Assembly: GCF_039541115.1 (NCBI RefSeq)
Contig: NZ_BAABFP010000004.1
Location: 310,001-374,000, forward strand
Source: Angustibacter luteus
Lineage (GTDB): Bacteria; Actinomycetota; Actinomycetes; Actinomycetales; Angustibacteraceae
DNA: 64,000 nt
Direction: 5' to 3'
Position numbers and translations under genes: made by a program. How positions within the stretch are numbered: position 1 is the first letter of the stretch; each line of letters starts with the position of its first letter. The notes beneath the pieces are model-generated. The model made no database searches and was not told the DNA's origin. It saw only the letters and a list, made by a program, of their open reading frames with translations. Positions 18,864 to 29,048 of the stretch are shown piece by piece.

Positions 18864-20081
18864 ATGCGCACGCTGCTCTCCGACCCCCGCTACCGGGCCT
18901 TCTGGATCGGCCAGGCGACCAGCGTCATCGGCAACGGCATCACCCTGGTGGCGCTCGCGGCCCTCGTCATCCCGCACCGGGGTGGGCAGGCGTTCGGGCT
19001 GGCGCTGGCCGCCGAGTCGCTCACCATGGGCGTGCTGCTGCTCGGCGCGGGCGTGCTGGTCGACCGGTACTCCCGGACGGCGGTCATGGCGATCGCGGAC
19101 GTCGCCCGCGGGATCGGGGTGGTCGGGATCCTGCTGTTCGCGGCGTCCGGGCCGCTGGCCGGGCTGCTGGTCGCGTGCGCCTTCGTGGGCGCCGGCATCG
19201 CGCTGCACCAGCCCGCGCACCGGGCCGCCATCCCGCAGCTGGTCCGGCCCGACCAGCTGCAGGCCGCCAACGCGCTCGACTCCGCCACCATGCAGCTCGG
19301 TCTCGGCGCCGGCACCGCCCTCGGCGGCGTGCTGGTGTCGGTGTGGGGGCCGCGGCACGCCGTGCTCGTGGACCTCGCCACCTTCGCGGTCAGCCTGCTG
19401 ACCCTGCTCTGGCTGCGCCTGCCGCCGGTCGGCGAGCGGCCGGAGGGCACCGGGCTGCGGCACGCGCTGCACGAGGCGCACGAGGGCATCCGGGAGGTGC
19501 GCCGCCGGCCCTGGGTCGCCGTGGTCATGCTGCAGGGCACCGTGCAGGTGTTCTGCCTGTTCGCCCCGGCGTTCGCGCTGATCCCGGTCGTCGCCCTCGC
19601 GCGCTACGGCAACGGTGCCTACGGCTGGTACACCACGTGCGGCTTCGTCGGCACCGCCATCGGCGCCGCGCTGGTCGCCCGCACCCGCCCGCAGCGCCCA
19701 GGCTGGTCGGCGATGAACGCGGTCGCGCCGTGCGCGCTGCTGCCGCTCCTGCTGGTGGTGGACCTGCCGCTGTGGGCGTTCTGCCTGATCAACGCGGTGG
19801 CCTGGGCCGGCATCGGCTGGTTCGCGGTGCTCTGGTTCGGCGCCCTGCAGACCGAGTTCCCGGCCCAGGTGCAGGGACGCGTGTTCAGCCTGGAGAGCCT
19901 GGCGACCTTCGGGCTGCAACCACTCGGGCTGGCCATCGCTCCCGTCGTGGCCGCGGCCGTCGGCCTGACAACCGTGGCGGTGGTCGCCAGCCTCGTGATG
20001 ATCGTGACGACGTACGCCGTGTTCCTGGTGCCGGGAGTCGCCCGCTTCAGGTCCCCGGACCTGGTGCCGGCTCAGCCCTGA
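18864..20081 (+). CDS. MFS transporter (DHA3-like)
   Basis: About 12 TM helices; GVLVDRYSR motif A variant; QGRVFS. Confidence 0.88.
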   Translation: MRTLLSDPRYRAFWIGQATSVIGNGITLVALAALVIPHRGGQAFGLALAAESLTMGVLLLGAGVLVDRYSRTAVMAIADVARGIGVVGILLFAASGPLAGLLVACAFVGAGIALHQPAHRAAIPQLVRPDQLQAANALDSATMQLGLGAGTALGGVLVSVWGPRHAVLVDLATFAVSLLTLLWLRLPPVGERPEGTGLRHALHEAHEGIREVRRRPWVAVVMLQGTVQVFCLFAPAFALIPVVALARYGNGAYGWYTTCGFVGTAIGAALVARTRPQRPGWSAMNAVAPCALLPLLLVVDLPLWAFCLINAVAWAGIGWFAVLWFGALQTEFPAQVQGRVFSLESLATFGLQPLGLAIAPVVAAAVGLTTVAVVASLVMIVTTYAVFLVPGVARFRSPDLVPAQP

Positions 20082-20655
20082 CCTGCCGCCGCGCCCGGTC
20101 CAGGTCGGCCTCGGTGTCGACGTCCAGCAGCAGGGGCTCGGGCACGGCCACCTCGACGAGCGCCAGCCCGGCCAGCACGGAGCGCATCGAGCGCCCCACC
20201 GGGCTCGGCCCCACCGCGGCCCGCAGCGCCCCGGCCCGGTAGAGCGCCAGCAGCGGCTGCCGCCGGCCACCGTCGTCCACCGCGCACACCCCGTCGTCCT
20301 GCGCGGGCCACGCGGCCAGCAGCGCCGGCAGCGCCGCGCCCGCGAACGGCTGGTCACCGGCCAGCACTGCCAGGACCGCCTCGTCCGGCACCTCGTCGAG
20401 CGCCCGGGCCAGCCCGGCGACCGGCCCGCCCCCCGGCGGCTCCTCGCGCACCCACCGCACCGGCACGGACGTCGCCCGCCGGGCCCCCACCACCAGCACC
20501 GGGACGTCGGGCGCCGCCCCGCGGACGCCGGCGAGCAGCCGGTCGAGGACGCTCACGCCGTCCAGCCGCGCCGCGAGCTTGTCGTGGCCCAACCGCCGTG
20601 ATCCGCCGCCGGCGAGCACCACGACGACGTCCAGAATCCTCCGCTCAGCCGCCAC
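20047..20655 (-). CDS. MobA-like NTP-transferase
   Basis: VVLAGGGSRRLGHDK, GGPVAGL, LAGDQPF, QPLLALY, DVDT. Confidence 0.85.
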   Translation of the reverse strand: MAAERRILDVVVVLAGGGSRRLGHDKLAARLDGVSVLDRLLAGVRGAAPDVPVLVVGARRATSVPVRWVREEPPGGGPVAGLARALDEVPDEAVLAVLAGDQPFAGAALPALLAAWPAQDDGVCAVDDGGRRQPLLALYRAGALRAAVGPSPVGRSMRSVLAGLALVEVAVPEPLLLDVDTEADLDRARRQVRAEPAPGPGT

Positions 20656-20816
20656 GGACTCAGTATCGCGGTCGGCTGCAACTACTCAGGAACGCTCAGC
20701 CAGCCCACGGGACACGCCGAAACTAGGCCGAACGGGTGACTGGCGGGCCCGCCGCGTTCAATGTCCTCTCCCTGCACGCCGAAGAGCGATGGACCGGCGA
20801 CAGAGGGAAGGGCACC

Positions 20817-23800
20817 ATGCTGCGTAACCGAGGGATCAGGACCAAGCTACTTGCGGTCCTGGCACTACCGATCGTCGTGCTGATCATCGGTGCTGCCGTC
20901 ATCTCTGCCCAGGGATTCACCCGAGCAGCGCAGGCCGCGAAGGTCGAGAAGCTGGCCAACGGTGGCAGCGCGCTCGGTGACCTGATCACGCGCCTGCACC
21001 AGGAGCGCACGCTCGCCGTGCAGGTCGCCAACGGCACCGCCACGCCCGAGCAGGTGAAGCAGCTGAAGGGCGCGCAGGGCGGCACCGACAAGGCCGTGCT
21101 CGAGACCCGCAGCTTCGTGCAGAGCCTGAGCCTCAGCTCGCTGTCGCAGGAGGCCATCCAGGCCGTCGCGGCGTCCGAGGCCGGCCACATGCAGCTGCCC
21201 GCCGTCCGCGCGGACGTCGTCAGCGGCCACGGCCAGCCCGACCAGATCGCCGCCAAGTACGACGACATGATCGCGCTGGACGCCGAGCTGCCGGCCCGCA
21301 TCGGTGACTCGCTGACCGACCGCCGGATCGGCCGCAGCCTCGTCGCCTACGCCAACCTCGCCAACCTCGTCGAGAGCGCCAGCCAGGAGGCCGAGATCGG
21401 CGCCGTGGCCGTCGCGACCAAGGGCATCGACGCCCAGACCGCGGTCAAGCTCTCGCTGCTGCAGTCCGCGCAGAACCAGCAGGTCGAGGCCTTCCGCCTG
21501 AACGCCAACTCGCACCTCGCGAGCATGATGGACACCGCGCTGTACCAGCCCATCGAGTCCCGCGCCGCGTTCAACACCGAGCGCGCGGACATCATGGGCA
21601 GCCTGGGCGGCACGCCGACCGTCACCACCCAGCACGACTGGATCAAGAACGCCGGCCAGCGAGTGACGTCGCTCTCCGCGCTGCTGCAGCCGCTGGCCCA
21701 GCAGACCGCGAAGGACGCGTCCGCCGCGGCCGCCGACGCCCGCCGTTCGGCCGTCATCATCCTGGCCGCCAGCCTCATCATCGTCGCCTTCGTCATCGTG
21801 CTGGGTCTCTTCCTGGCTCGCGCCATGACCCGCCCGCTGCGCCGCCTGACCGTCACCGCTGGTGAGCTCGCCGACGAGCTGCCGAAGATGGTCGAGCGGA
21901 TGGCCACGCCGGGCGAGGGCCCGGGTGTCCAGCTGCCCGAGATCGAGGTCTACTCCGAGGACGAGGTCGGCCGCCTGGCCGAGGCGTTCCGGAACGTCAA
22001 CGAGACCACGGTCCGGGTCGCCGAGGAGCAGGCGGCACTGCGCGCCTCGATCGCGGAGATGTTCGTCAACGTCGCCCGGCGCAACCACGTCCTGCTCTCG
22101 CGCCAGCTGTCCTTCATCGACCAGCTGGAGCGCACCGAGGAGAACCCGGACACGCTGGACAACCTGTTCCGCCTGGACCACCTCGCCACCCGGATGCGTC
22201 GGAACGCCGAGTCGCTGATCGTCCTCGCGGGCCTGGACAGCGGTCGTCGTCTGCGTCGTTCCATGCCGCTGTCCGACGTGATCCGCACCGCCGTGTCCGA
22301 GATCGAGCGGTACGACCGCGTCGACCTCGCGCTGCAGGCGGACCCGCCGCTCGTCGGCCACGTCGCGCTGACCACGGCGCACATGATCGCCGAGCTGCTG
22401 GAGAACGCGACCCAGTTCTCCAACCCGGACACCCGCGTGGTGACCTCGACCGCCTTCAGCAGCACCGGCGTCCGCGTCACCATCACCGACCTCGGCCTGG
22501 GCATGACCTGGGACGAGATCACCGACGCCAACCAGCGCATCGCCAACCCGCCGGTCACCGACGTGGTCGGCTCGCAGCGCCTCGGCTTCTACGTGGTCGG
22601 CCGCCTGGCCCGCCGCCTGGACGCCACCGTCGCGCTGCGCCCGGGTCGCACCCAGGGCACGGTCGTCACCATCGACCTGCCCCCGGCGCTCTTCGTCCCG
22701 GGCACCGTCTCGGACCTGGCCGTCAGCGACCTGGAGGCCAGCGACCTGCCGGCCATCGAGTCGAGCTCGTCCGACCAGCCCGTGTCCGACTCGGCGCCGA
22801 TGCTGCCGAGCCTGCCCAGCCTGCCGGCCGCCCCCAGCGCGCCGGTCCCCGCCCCGGCCGGCTTCGACGTGCCCGTCGTCGCCTCCGACTCCGGAGTCGA
22901 CCTGCCGCGCCGCGGCCAGGTGGACGCCGTCGTGGACGCCGGTGCGGACGAGGCGCGGGTCGAGCCGCGGGTGCCGGTGCAGCCGGCCCCCGAGGCCTTC
23001 GTCGACGCGACCGGTGACGGCGCCTCGCTGCCCAAGCGCGGCACCGCCCCGATCGAGGCCGCTCCCGCGGTCGACGTCGCGGCCGCTCCGCCGCCGCCGC
23101 GGTCGGGCATGTTCAACAGCTTCCGCTCACGTCGCGACGTCGACGAGACGGTCGACACCACCGTCCCCGAGGTGCCCGCGCTGAGCACCCCGCTGGACGA
23201 CGGCACCGGCGAGGTCTTCGTCCCGGTCCTCGAGGAGGCCACGCCGGCTCTGCCGACCCGTGACGTCGCCGAGGTCGTCGAGGCTCCTGCGGCTGAGGTC
23301 GAGGAGGTCGAGGAGGTCGAGGCCACTGAGGCCGAGGTCGCCGAGGTCGCCGAGGTCGAGGTCGTGGAGGCCACGCCGGGTCCGCTGGACGCCGGCTGGG
23401 TCCCCGAGGCCGACGCCGAGTGGGTCCCCGAGGCCACGGAGGCTACGGAGACCGCGGAGGCCACGGAGACCGCTGAGGTCGAGGCCGTCGAGGTCGAGGC
23501 TGCTGAGGTCGAGGCCGTCGAGGTCACCGAGCCGTCGTTCGAGTTCGAGCCGGCTTTCGAGCCGGTCGCCGAGCTCGAGCCCGAGACCGCGTCGCTGGCC
23601 TTCGTCCCGGCACTGGAGCTCGAGCCGGTCGCCGAGGTCGAGCCCGTCGCCGAGGTCGAGGTCGAGGTCGAGGTCGAGCCCGAGGTCGAGCCCGAGGTCG
23701 AGCCGGTCAGCGCATCCGCTGCGCAGGACGGTCCGGACGCCCGCTCCACGCTCAGCGAGCTGGCCCGTGAGGCCCGCGCCGCTGGCGACGAGGCGCTGCA

Positions 23801-24617
23801 CGGACAGCCCGAGGACGTCGTCGAGGACGAGCCGCAGGTTCCCGCGGTCCCGGCGCTGCCGCCGGTCGGGGTGCCCGCGATGGACATCCTGCCCGCTCGT
23901 GGTGGCCGCGGCCGCCTCGGACGGCGCTCGCCGAAGCCCGCCCCGGCCCCCGCGCCGGTGCAGCAGGCGAAGTCGTGGCCGACGCCGTCGCCGATCCCGG
24001 CGGCCCGTCAGCCGGAGCCGTCGGCCCCGGTCACCCCGGTGGCACCGGTCGCTCCGGTCGCTCCGGCCGTGCCCGAGCCCGCCACCTCGGTGTTCGCTCC
24101 GGTTCCGGCTCCCGCGCCGGTGGAGTACCAGGAGCCGGTGCCTGCACCGTCCTCCTTGTTCGCCCCGGTCCAGCCGGCCGCACCGGTCGAGTACCAGGAG
24201 CCCGTGCCCGCGCCGTCCTCCCTGTTCGCCCCGGCGATCAGCGAGGCCGACGAGCCGGCCTTCCAGCCGTCGTTCGAGCCTGCTGTCCCGGCCCTCGCGG
24301 CCGCCGTCAGCCTGCGCGAGCGCTCCGCCATGGCCTCCGAGGCGCTCTCCGAGCTGTCTGCGCTGTCGACGTACAGCCCGCAGGCCGTGGAGGAGACCGC
24401 CCCGGCGTCCCTGACCCGACGCACGCCGTTGGCGACCGAGGCCGGCCAGATGGCCTCGCGACCCGCGGCGGATGAGCCCCTCGGCGCCCGCCGTGGAGCC
24501 CGCAACGCGGCAGACGTCCGCACCATGCTCAGCGGCTTCCGGGCCGGCGTGGAGCGTGGCCGTACGTCGCCGGCAAGTCACAGCAGCAACTCGGCTACCG
24601 AGGACGCAGACGCCTGA
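20817..24617 (+). CDS. conservon sensor histidine-kinase-like protein (CvnA-like; sensor-HAMP-HATPase plus long disordered tail)
   Basis: Two TM helices, HAMP (DEVGRLAEAF), FRLDHLATRMRRNAESL, ELLENATQFS, DLGLGM, LGFYVVGRLA. Confidence 0.9.
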   Translation: MLRNRGIRTKLLAVLALPIVVLIIGAAVISAQGFTRAAQAAKVEKLANGGSALGDLITRLHQERTLAVQVANGTATPEQVKQLKGAQGGTDKAVLETRSFVQSLSLSSLSQEAIQAVAASEAGHMQLPAVRADVVSGHGQPDQIAAKYDDMIALDAELPARIGDSLTDRRIGRSLVAYANLANLVESASQEAEIGAVAVATKGIDAQTAVKLSLLQSAQNQQVEAFRLNANSHLASMMDTALYQPIESRAAFNTERADIMGSLGGTPTVTTQHDWIKNAGQRVTSLSALLQPLAQQTAKDASAAAADARRSAVIILAASLIIVAFVIVLGLFLARAMTRPLRRLTVTAGELADELPKMVERMATPGEGPGVQLPEIEVYSEDEVGRLAEAFRNVNETTVRVAEEQAALRASIAEMFVNVARRNHVLLSRQLSFIDQLERTEENPDTLDNLFRLDHLATRMRRNAESLIVLAGLDSGRRLRRSMPLSDVIRTAVSEIERYDRVDLALQADPPLVGHVALTTAHMIAELLENATQFSNPDTRVVTSTAFSSTGVRVTITDLGLGMTWDEITDANQRIANPPVTDVVGSQRLGFYVVGRLARRLDATVALRPGRTQGTVVTIDLPPALFVPGTVSDLAVSDLEASDLPAIESSSSDQPVSDSAPMLPSLPSLPAAPSAPVPAPAGFDVPVVASDSGVDLPRRGQVDAVVDAGADEARVEPRVPVQPAPEAFVDATGDGASLPKRGTAPIEAAPAVDVAAAPPPPRSGMFNSFRSRRDVDETVDTTVPEVPALSTPLDDGTGEVFVPVLEEATPALPTRDVAEVVEAPAAEVEEVEEVEATEAEVAEVAEVEVVEATPGPLDAGWVPEADAEWVPEATEATETAEATETAEVEAVEVEAAEVEAVEVTEPSFEFEPAFEPVAELEPETASLAFVPALELEPVAEVEPVAEVEVEVEVEPEVEPEVEPVSASAAQDGPDARSTLSELAREARAAGDEALHGQPEDVVEDEPQVPAVPALPPVGVPAMDILPARGGRGRLGRRSPKPAPAPAPVQQAKSWPTPSPIPAARQPEPSAPVTPVAPVAPVAPAVPEPATSVFAPVPAPAPVEYQEPVPAPSSLFAPVQPAAPVEYQEPVPAPSSLFAPAISEADEPAFQPSFEPAVPALAAAVSLRERSAMASEALSELSALSTYSPQAVEETAPASLTRRTPLATEAGQMASRPAADEPLGARRGARNAADVRTMLSGFRAGVERGRTSPASHSSNSATEDADA
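24114..24234 (+). repeat. internal coding direct repeat, 66-bp period (APVEYQEPVPAPSSLFAP x2)
   Basis: Two near-identical copies differing at synonymous sites. Confidence 0.85.
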
Positions 24618-24729
24618 TCCTCGGCTACTGCCAGTGGGTGCACTTGCCCGCGACCGTTAAAGACCCGCACCACCCTGTCCGATCAACCAGCAAGCAACAG
24701 CAGCGCAATGCAGACGGAGGACCACCACC

Positions 24730-25182
24730 GTGACGACGATGAGCACCGAGGCAGCCAACTTCAGCTGGCTTCTCGACAACTTCGTGAAGAGCGTGCCCGG
24801 CGTGCGGCACACGCTCGTCGTGTCCGCCGACGGACTTCTGATGGCCATGTCAGACGATCTCGACCGCACCAGCGGTGACCAGCTGGCAGCGATCGTGTCG
24901 GGCATGGCCAGCCTCACCCGGGGGGCTGCTCGCCAGCTCCGCTCGGGCGAGGTTCGGCAGTCCATTGTCGAGATGGACACGCTGTTCCTGTTCACCATGA
25001 GCATCAGTGACGGCTCCGTGCTGTCGGTGATGGCAGACGCCACCTGCGACGTCGGCCTCATCGGGTACGAGATGGCCCTCCTGGTCAGCCGCACCGAGGC
25101 CACGCTCACCCCGCAGCTCGTGTCGGAGATGCGCTCGCGCCTCCCCGTCGCCGGCGCGCTGCGGGCCGTGGCAGGGGGGTGA
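24730..25182 (+). CDS. roadblock/LC7 domain protein (CvnB/MglB-like)
   Basis: WLLDNFV...VVSADGLLMA...LAAIVSG...GYEMALL; GGAGG RBS. Confidence 0.92.
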   Translation: MTTMSTEAANFSWLLDNFVKSVPGVRHTLVVSADGLLMAMSDDLDRTSGDQLAAIVSGMASLTRGAARQLRSGEVRQSIVEMDTLFLFTMSISDGSVLSVMADATCDVGLIGYEMALLVSRTEATLTPQLVSEMRSRLPVAGALRAVAGG

Positions 25183-25589
25183 TCCCGGTGGACCCCCTCG
25201 ACTACCCGTCCGACGTGACGGAGGACGAGGCGGACGAGGAGACCTACGCCGTCCGCCCCTACGCCGTCACCGGGGGTCGCACGCGGACCACGACGAACGA
25301 GCCGCTGCCTGTCGAGGCACTCGTCCAGTCCCTGCGCGGCCACGACGACATCGGCCTGACGCCCGAGCGTCGCAAGATCCTCGAGCTCACCCGCGACCAG
25401 TACCTGTCCGTGGCCGAGTTGTCGGCCCACGTCAAGCTCCCCGTCGGCATCATGCGCGTCCTGATCAGCGACATGTCCGACTCGGGAAACGTCCGGATCC
25501 ACGGAGCCGGCGCCTTCTCGTCCACCACAGCCCCCGCTACCAGCCTCAGCGTCCTGGAGAGTGTTCTCAATGGCATTTCCTCGCTCTGA
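25179..25589 (+). CDS. DUF742 winged-helix protein (CvnC-like)
   Basis: VRPYAVTGGRT, SVAELSA...P.G..RVL..D, LESVLNGI. Confidence 0.9.
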   Translation: MIPVDPLDYPSDVTEDEADEETYAVRPYAVTGGRTRTTTNEPLPVEALVQSLRGHDDIGLTPERRKILELTRDQYLSVAELSAHVKLPVGIMRVLISDMSDSGNVRIHGAGAFSSTTAPATSLSVLESVLNGISSL

Positions 25590-26208
25590 CGTCGCCCCGC
25601 AGGGCACGCCCGCGGGAGCCCCGGGCACGCCCACTGCTGCGGGTACCCCCGACGCGCCCCCCACTGTCGTCAAGATCGTCGTCGCCGGCGGGTTCTCCGT
25701 CGGCAAGACCACCTTCATCGGGTCCTTGTCGGACATCGAGCCGCTTCGCACCGAAGCGGCGATGACCGAGCACTCGATCGGCGTCGACGACGCCGGTCTG
25801 GTCTCGGACCGCAAGACCTCCACGACCGTCGCCATGGACTTCGGCCGCATCTCGCTGCCGGGCAACCTGTGGCTGTACCTGTTCGGCACGCCGGGCCAGG
25901 ACCGCTTCCTCTTCATGTGGGACGACCTGGTCAAGGGTGCGATCGGTGCGGTCGTCCTGGTCGACACCGACCGGCTCGACCAGTGCTTCCCGGCCGTGGA
26001 CTACTTCGAGGCTCGGCAGATCCCGTTCGTCGTCGCGGTCAACTGCTTCGACGGCGTGGCTCGCCACCAGCTCGAGGACGTCCGTGAGGCCCTCGCGGTC
26101 CCGGCGCACGTGCCGATGCTCTACACCGACGCCCGCACCCGGGCGGCGACCAAGCAGGCCCTGATCTCCGTCGTCCAGCTGGCGATGCAGCGCCTGACCG
26201 GGGCCTGA
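25570..26208 (+). CDS. small GTPase, ATP/GTP-binding (CvnD/MglA-like)
   Basis: KIVVAGGFSVGKTT, TTVAMDFG, LFGTPGQDRF, VNCFDG. Confidence 0.93.
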   Translation: MAFPRSDVAPQGTPAGAPGTPTAAGTPDAPPTVVKIVVAGGFSVGKTTFIGSLSDIEPLRTEAAMTEHSIGVDDAGLVSDRKTSTTVAMDFGRISLPGNLWLYLFGTPGQDRFLFMWDDLVKGAIGAVVLVDTDRLDQCFPAVDYFEARQIPFVVAVNCFDGVARHQLEDVREALAVPAHVPMLYTDARTRAATKQALISVVQLAMQRLTGA

Positions 26209-26235
26209 GCCGACCGCTCAGCCCCACCCCTGACC

Positions 26236-26274
26236 CGGCCGGTGTCGGTGCCCCTGAGGCACCGGCACCGGCCG
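26236..26274. terminator. GC-rich hairpin between convergent genes
   Basis: CGGCCGGTGTCGGTGCC-N5-GGCACCGGCACCGGCCG. Confidence 0.7.
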
Positions 26275-26294
26275 CGCCACGTTTGCGCGGGCCG

Positions 26295-26645
26295 TCAGCC
26301 GACGGTGGCCTTCGTGACCTTGCCGTCAGTGACGGTGAGGTTGATGCGGCTCGGGTTCAGGTCCATGGTGACGGCGAACTTCTCGCCGTCCCGCTCGACC
26401 ACCCGCGTCGTCCCGCCGGCGTCGGCGACCGCCTTGACGGCATCGTCCTCGGTCATCCCGACGACGGACGTGGCGAGCTGCTGGGCCTTGGCGTCGTCCA
26501 TGGTCGGCTCCTCCGCCGTCTGCTGCGTGGTGCTGCTGCTGCTGGCGGCCGGCGTGCCGTCGTCGCCGTTGCCGCATCCGGTGAGCAGCGCGGCTCCGGC
26601 GAGCACGGCTCCGGCCGCGACGATCCTGACGTGCTTCGTGATCAT
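26295..26645 (-). CDS. lipoprotein with I78/potato-inhibitor-I-like peptidase-inhibitor domain
   Basis: Lipobox LTGC; VVGM...RVV...VTMDLNPSRINL...G pattern. Confidence 0.7.
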   Translation of the reverse strand: MITKHVRIVAAGAVLAGAALLTGCGNGDDGTPAASSSSTTQQTAEEPTMDDAKAQQLATSVVGMTEDDAVKAVADAGGTTRVVERDGEKFAVTMDLNPSRINLTVTDGKVTKATVG

Positions 26646-26686
26646 GGTCGCCTCCCGGGTGGGAGCGTAGCGGCTGCTGCGTCGTC

Positions 26687-26744
26687 CGAGAGCAGAGAAG
26701 TGGGGCACCCGAACTGCCGTAGGTGCCCCACTTCTCTGTTCTCG
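26687..26744. terminator. long hairpin downstream of the USP gene (terminator or REP-like)
   Basis: Perfect 17-bp arms CAGAGAAGTGGGGCACC / GGTGCCCCACTTCTCTG, extendable to 23 bp. Confidence 0.7.
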
Positions 26745-26762
26745 CCGCGCTGAGGTCCCCGG

Positions 26763-27187
26763 TCAGCGGGACCGAGCGGACTCCTTCACCGCGAGCACGG
26801 GGCACGCCGCCTCGAGCAGCACCTGCTGGGCGGTGCTGCCCAACAGGAGCTTGCCCACCTGGCTGCGGTACCGGATGCCGATCACGATCAGCGTCGCGCG
26901 CTGCTCCTCGGCGACCCGCAGGATCTCCTCGGCCGCGTCCCGCCCGGCCGTGGGCTGCTGGACCTCGTGCTCGATCCCCGCGCTCGTGAGCTCGGCGTCG
27001 ATGGCGTCCAGGTCCTCGGCCGTGGCGAACGCCGCGTCCGAGTAGTTGCCGTGGTGCCCGGTGTTGACCACGACCAGACGCCCGCTACGACGTACCGCCT
27101 CGTCCTTGGCCCGCTCGAAGGCCGCGATCCCTTGCGGGCTCGGGATGTAGCCGACGACGATCCGCTCGGCCACGGCGGCACTTCCGG

Positions 27188-27191
<4 letters not shown>
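26763..27191 (-). CDS. universal stress protein
   Basis: IVVGY...LIVIGIRYRSQVGKLLLGSTAQQVLLEAACPVLAVK; GTGA overlap. Confidence 0.9.
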
Positions 27192-28023
<832 letters not shown>

Positions 28024-28027
<4 letters not shown>

Positions 28028-29046
28028 GCCTTGACCTTCCTGATCCACTGGTCGACCGCGACGGCCACGATCACCAGGACGCCGGTCGCGAGGACGCGCC
28101 ACTGCTGGTCGACGCCCATCTGGGACAGCCCGAACTGCAGGGTCTGGACGATGAGCGCACCGATGGCCGTGCCGATGAGGCGACCACGACCACCGAACAG
28201 GCTGGTGCCGCCGATGACCACCGCGGTGATGCTCTGCAGGTTGGCGTCCGGGACGGCGTTCGGCGTCGCAGCGCCGGCCCGCCCGATCAGGACCCACGCC
28301 GCGATGCCGTAGATCAGGCCGGCGACGGTGTAGACGCCGAGCAGGATCCGCTTGCTCGGCACACCGGACAGGCGCGCCGACTCGGGGTCGTCACCGACGG
28401 CGTACACGTACCGGCCCCAGGCGGTCTGGGCCAGCACGAAGCCGATCACGATGTAGACGATGACCACGACGACGATGCCCCAGGTGAGCCGGAAGTCGCC
28501 GATGCTGAACCCCTCGCCGAGGATGTTCAGGATCCGCGGCAGGTGCTCGGCCTGGATGCTCGAGCCGCCGGAGTACAGCAGCGCGATCGCCGTGAAGATG
28601 CTGAGCGTGCCCAGCGTGACGATGAACGGCGGCAGGTTGACCCGGGTGACCAGGAACCCGTTGAGGGCCCCGGCCGCCGTGGCGAGCACGAAGCCGAGGA
28701 GCAGGGCCAGGATGCCCGGCATCCCGCCGTCCTGGGCCAGCGACGCCATCACCATCATCGACAGCACCATGATCGCCCCGACCGACAGGTCGATGCCCGC
28801 CGTGAGGATGACCAGGGTCTGGCCGACTGCCAGGCAGGCGACGACGGCCGTCTGCTGGAGCAGGATGCCCATCGAGGTGGCGGTCAGGAACGTGGGCGTC
28901 GCGATGAAGAACGCCACGAACGCGACCAGCAGCAGGAACAGCGGGCTCAGCCAGGGTTTCCCGTGCAGCTGATGCTGGACCTTCTGCAGTGGGGAGTGCT
29001 GCCGCCGAGCGAACTCGGCGGCAGCGGACTCGACCGTGTCACTCAT
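28024..29046 (-). CDS. monosaccharide ABC transporter permease (RbsC/FrcC-like)
   Basis: ILTAGIDLSVG, PPFIVTLG, GRYVYAVG, AVVIGGTSLFGG. Confidence 0.93.
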
Positions 29047-29048
29047 GG

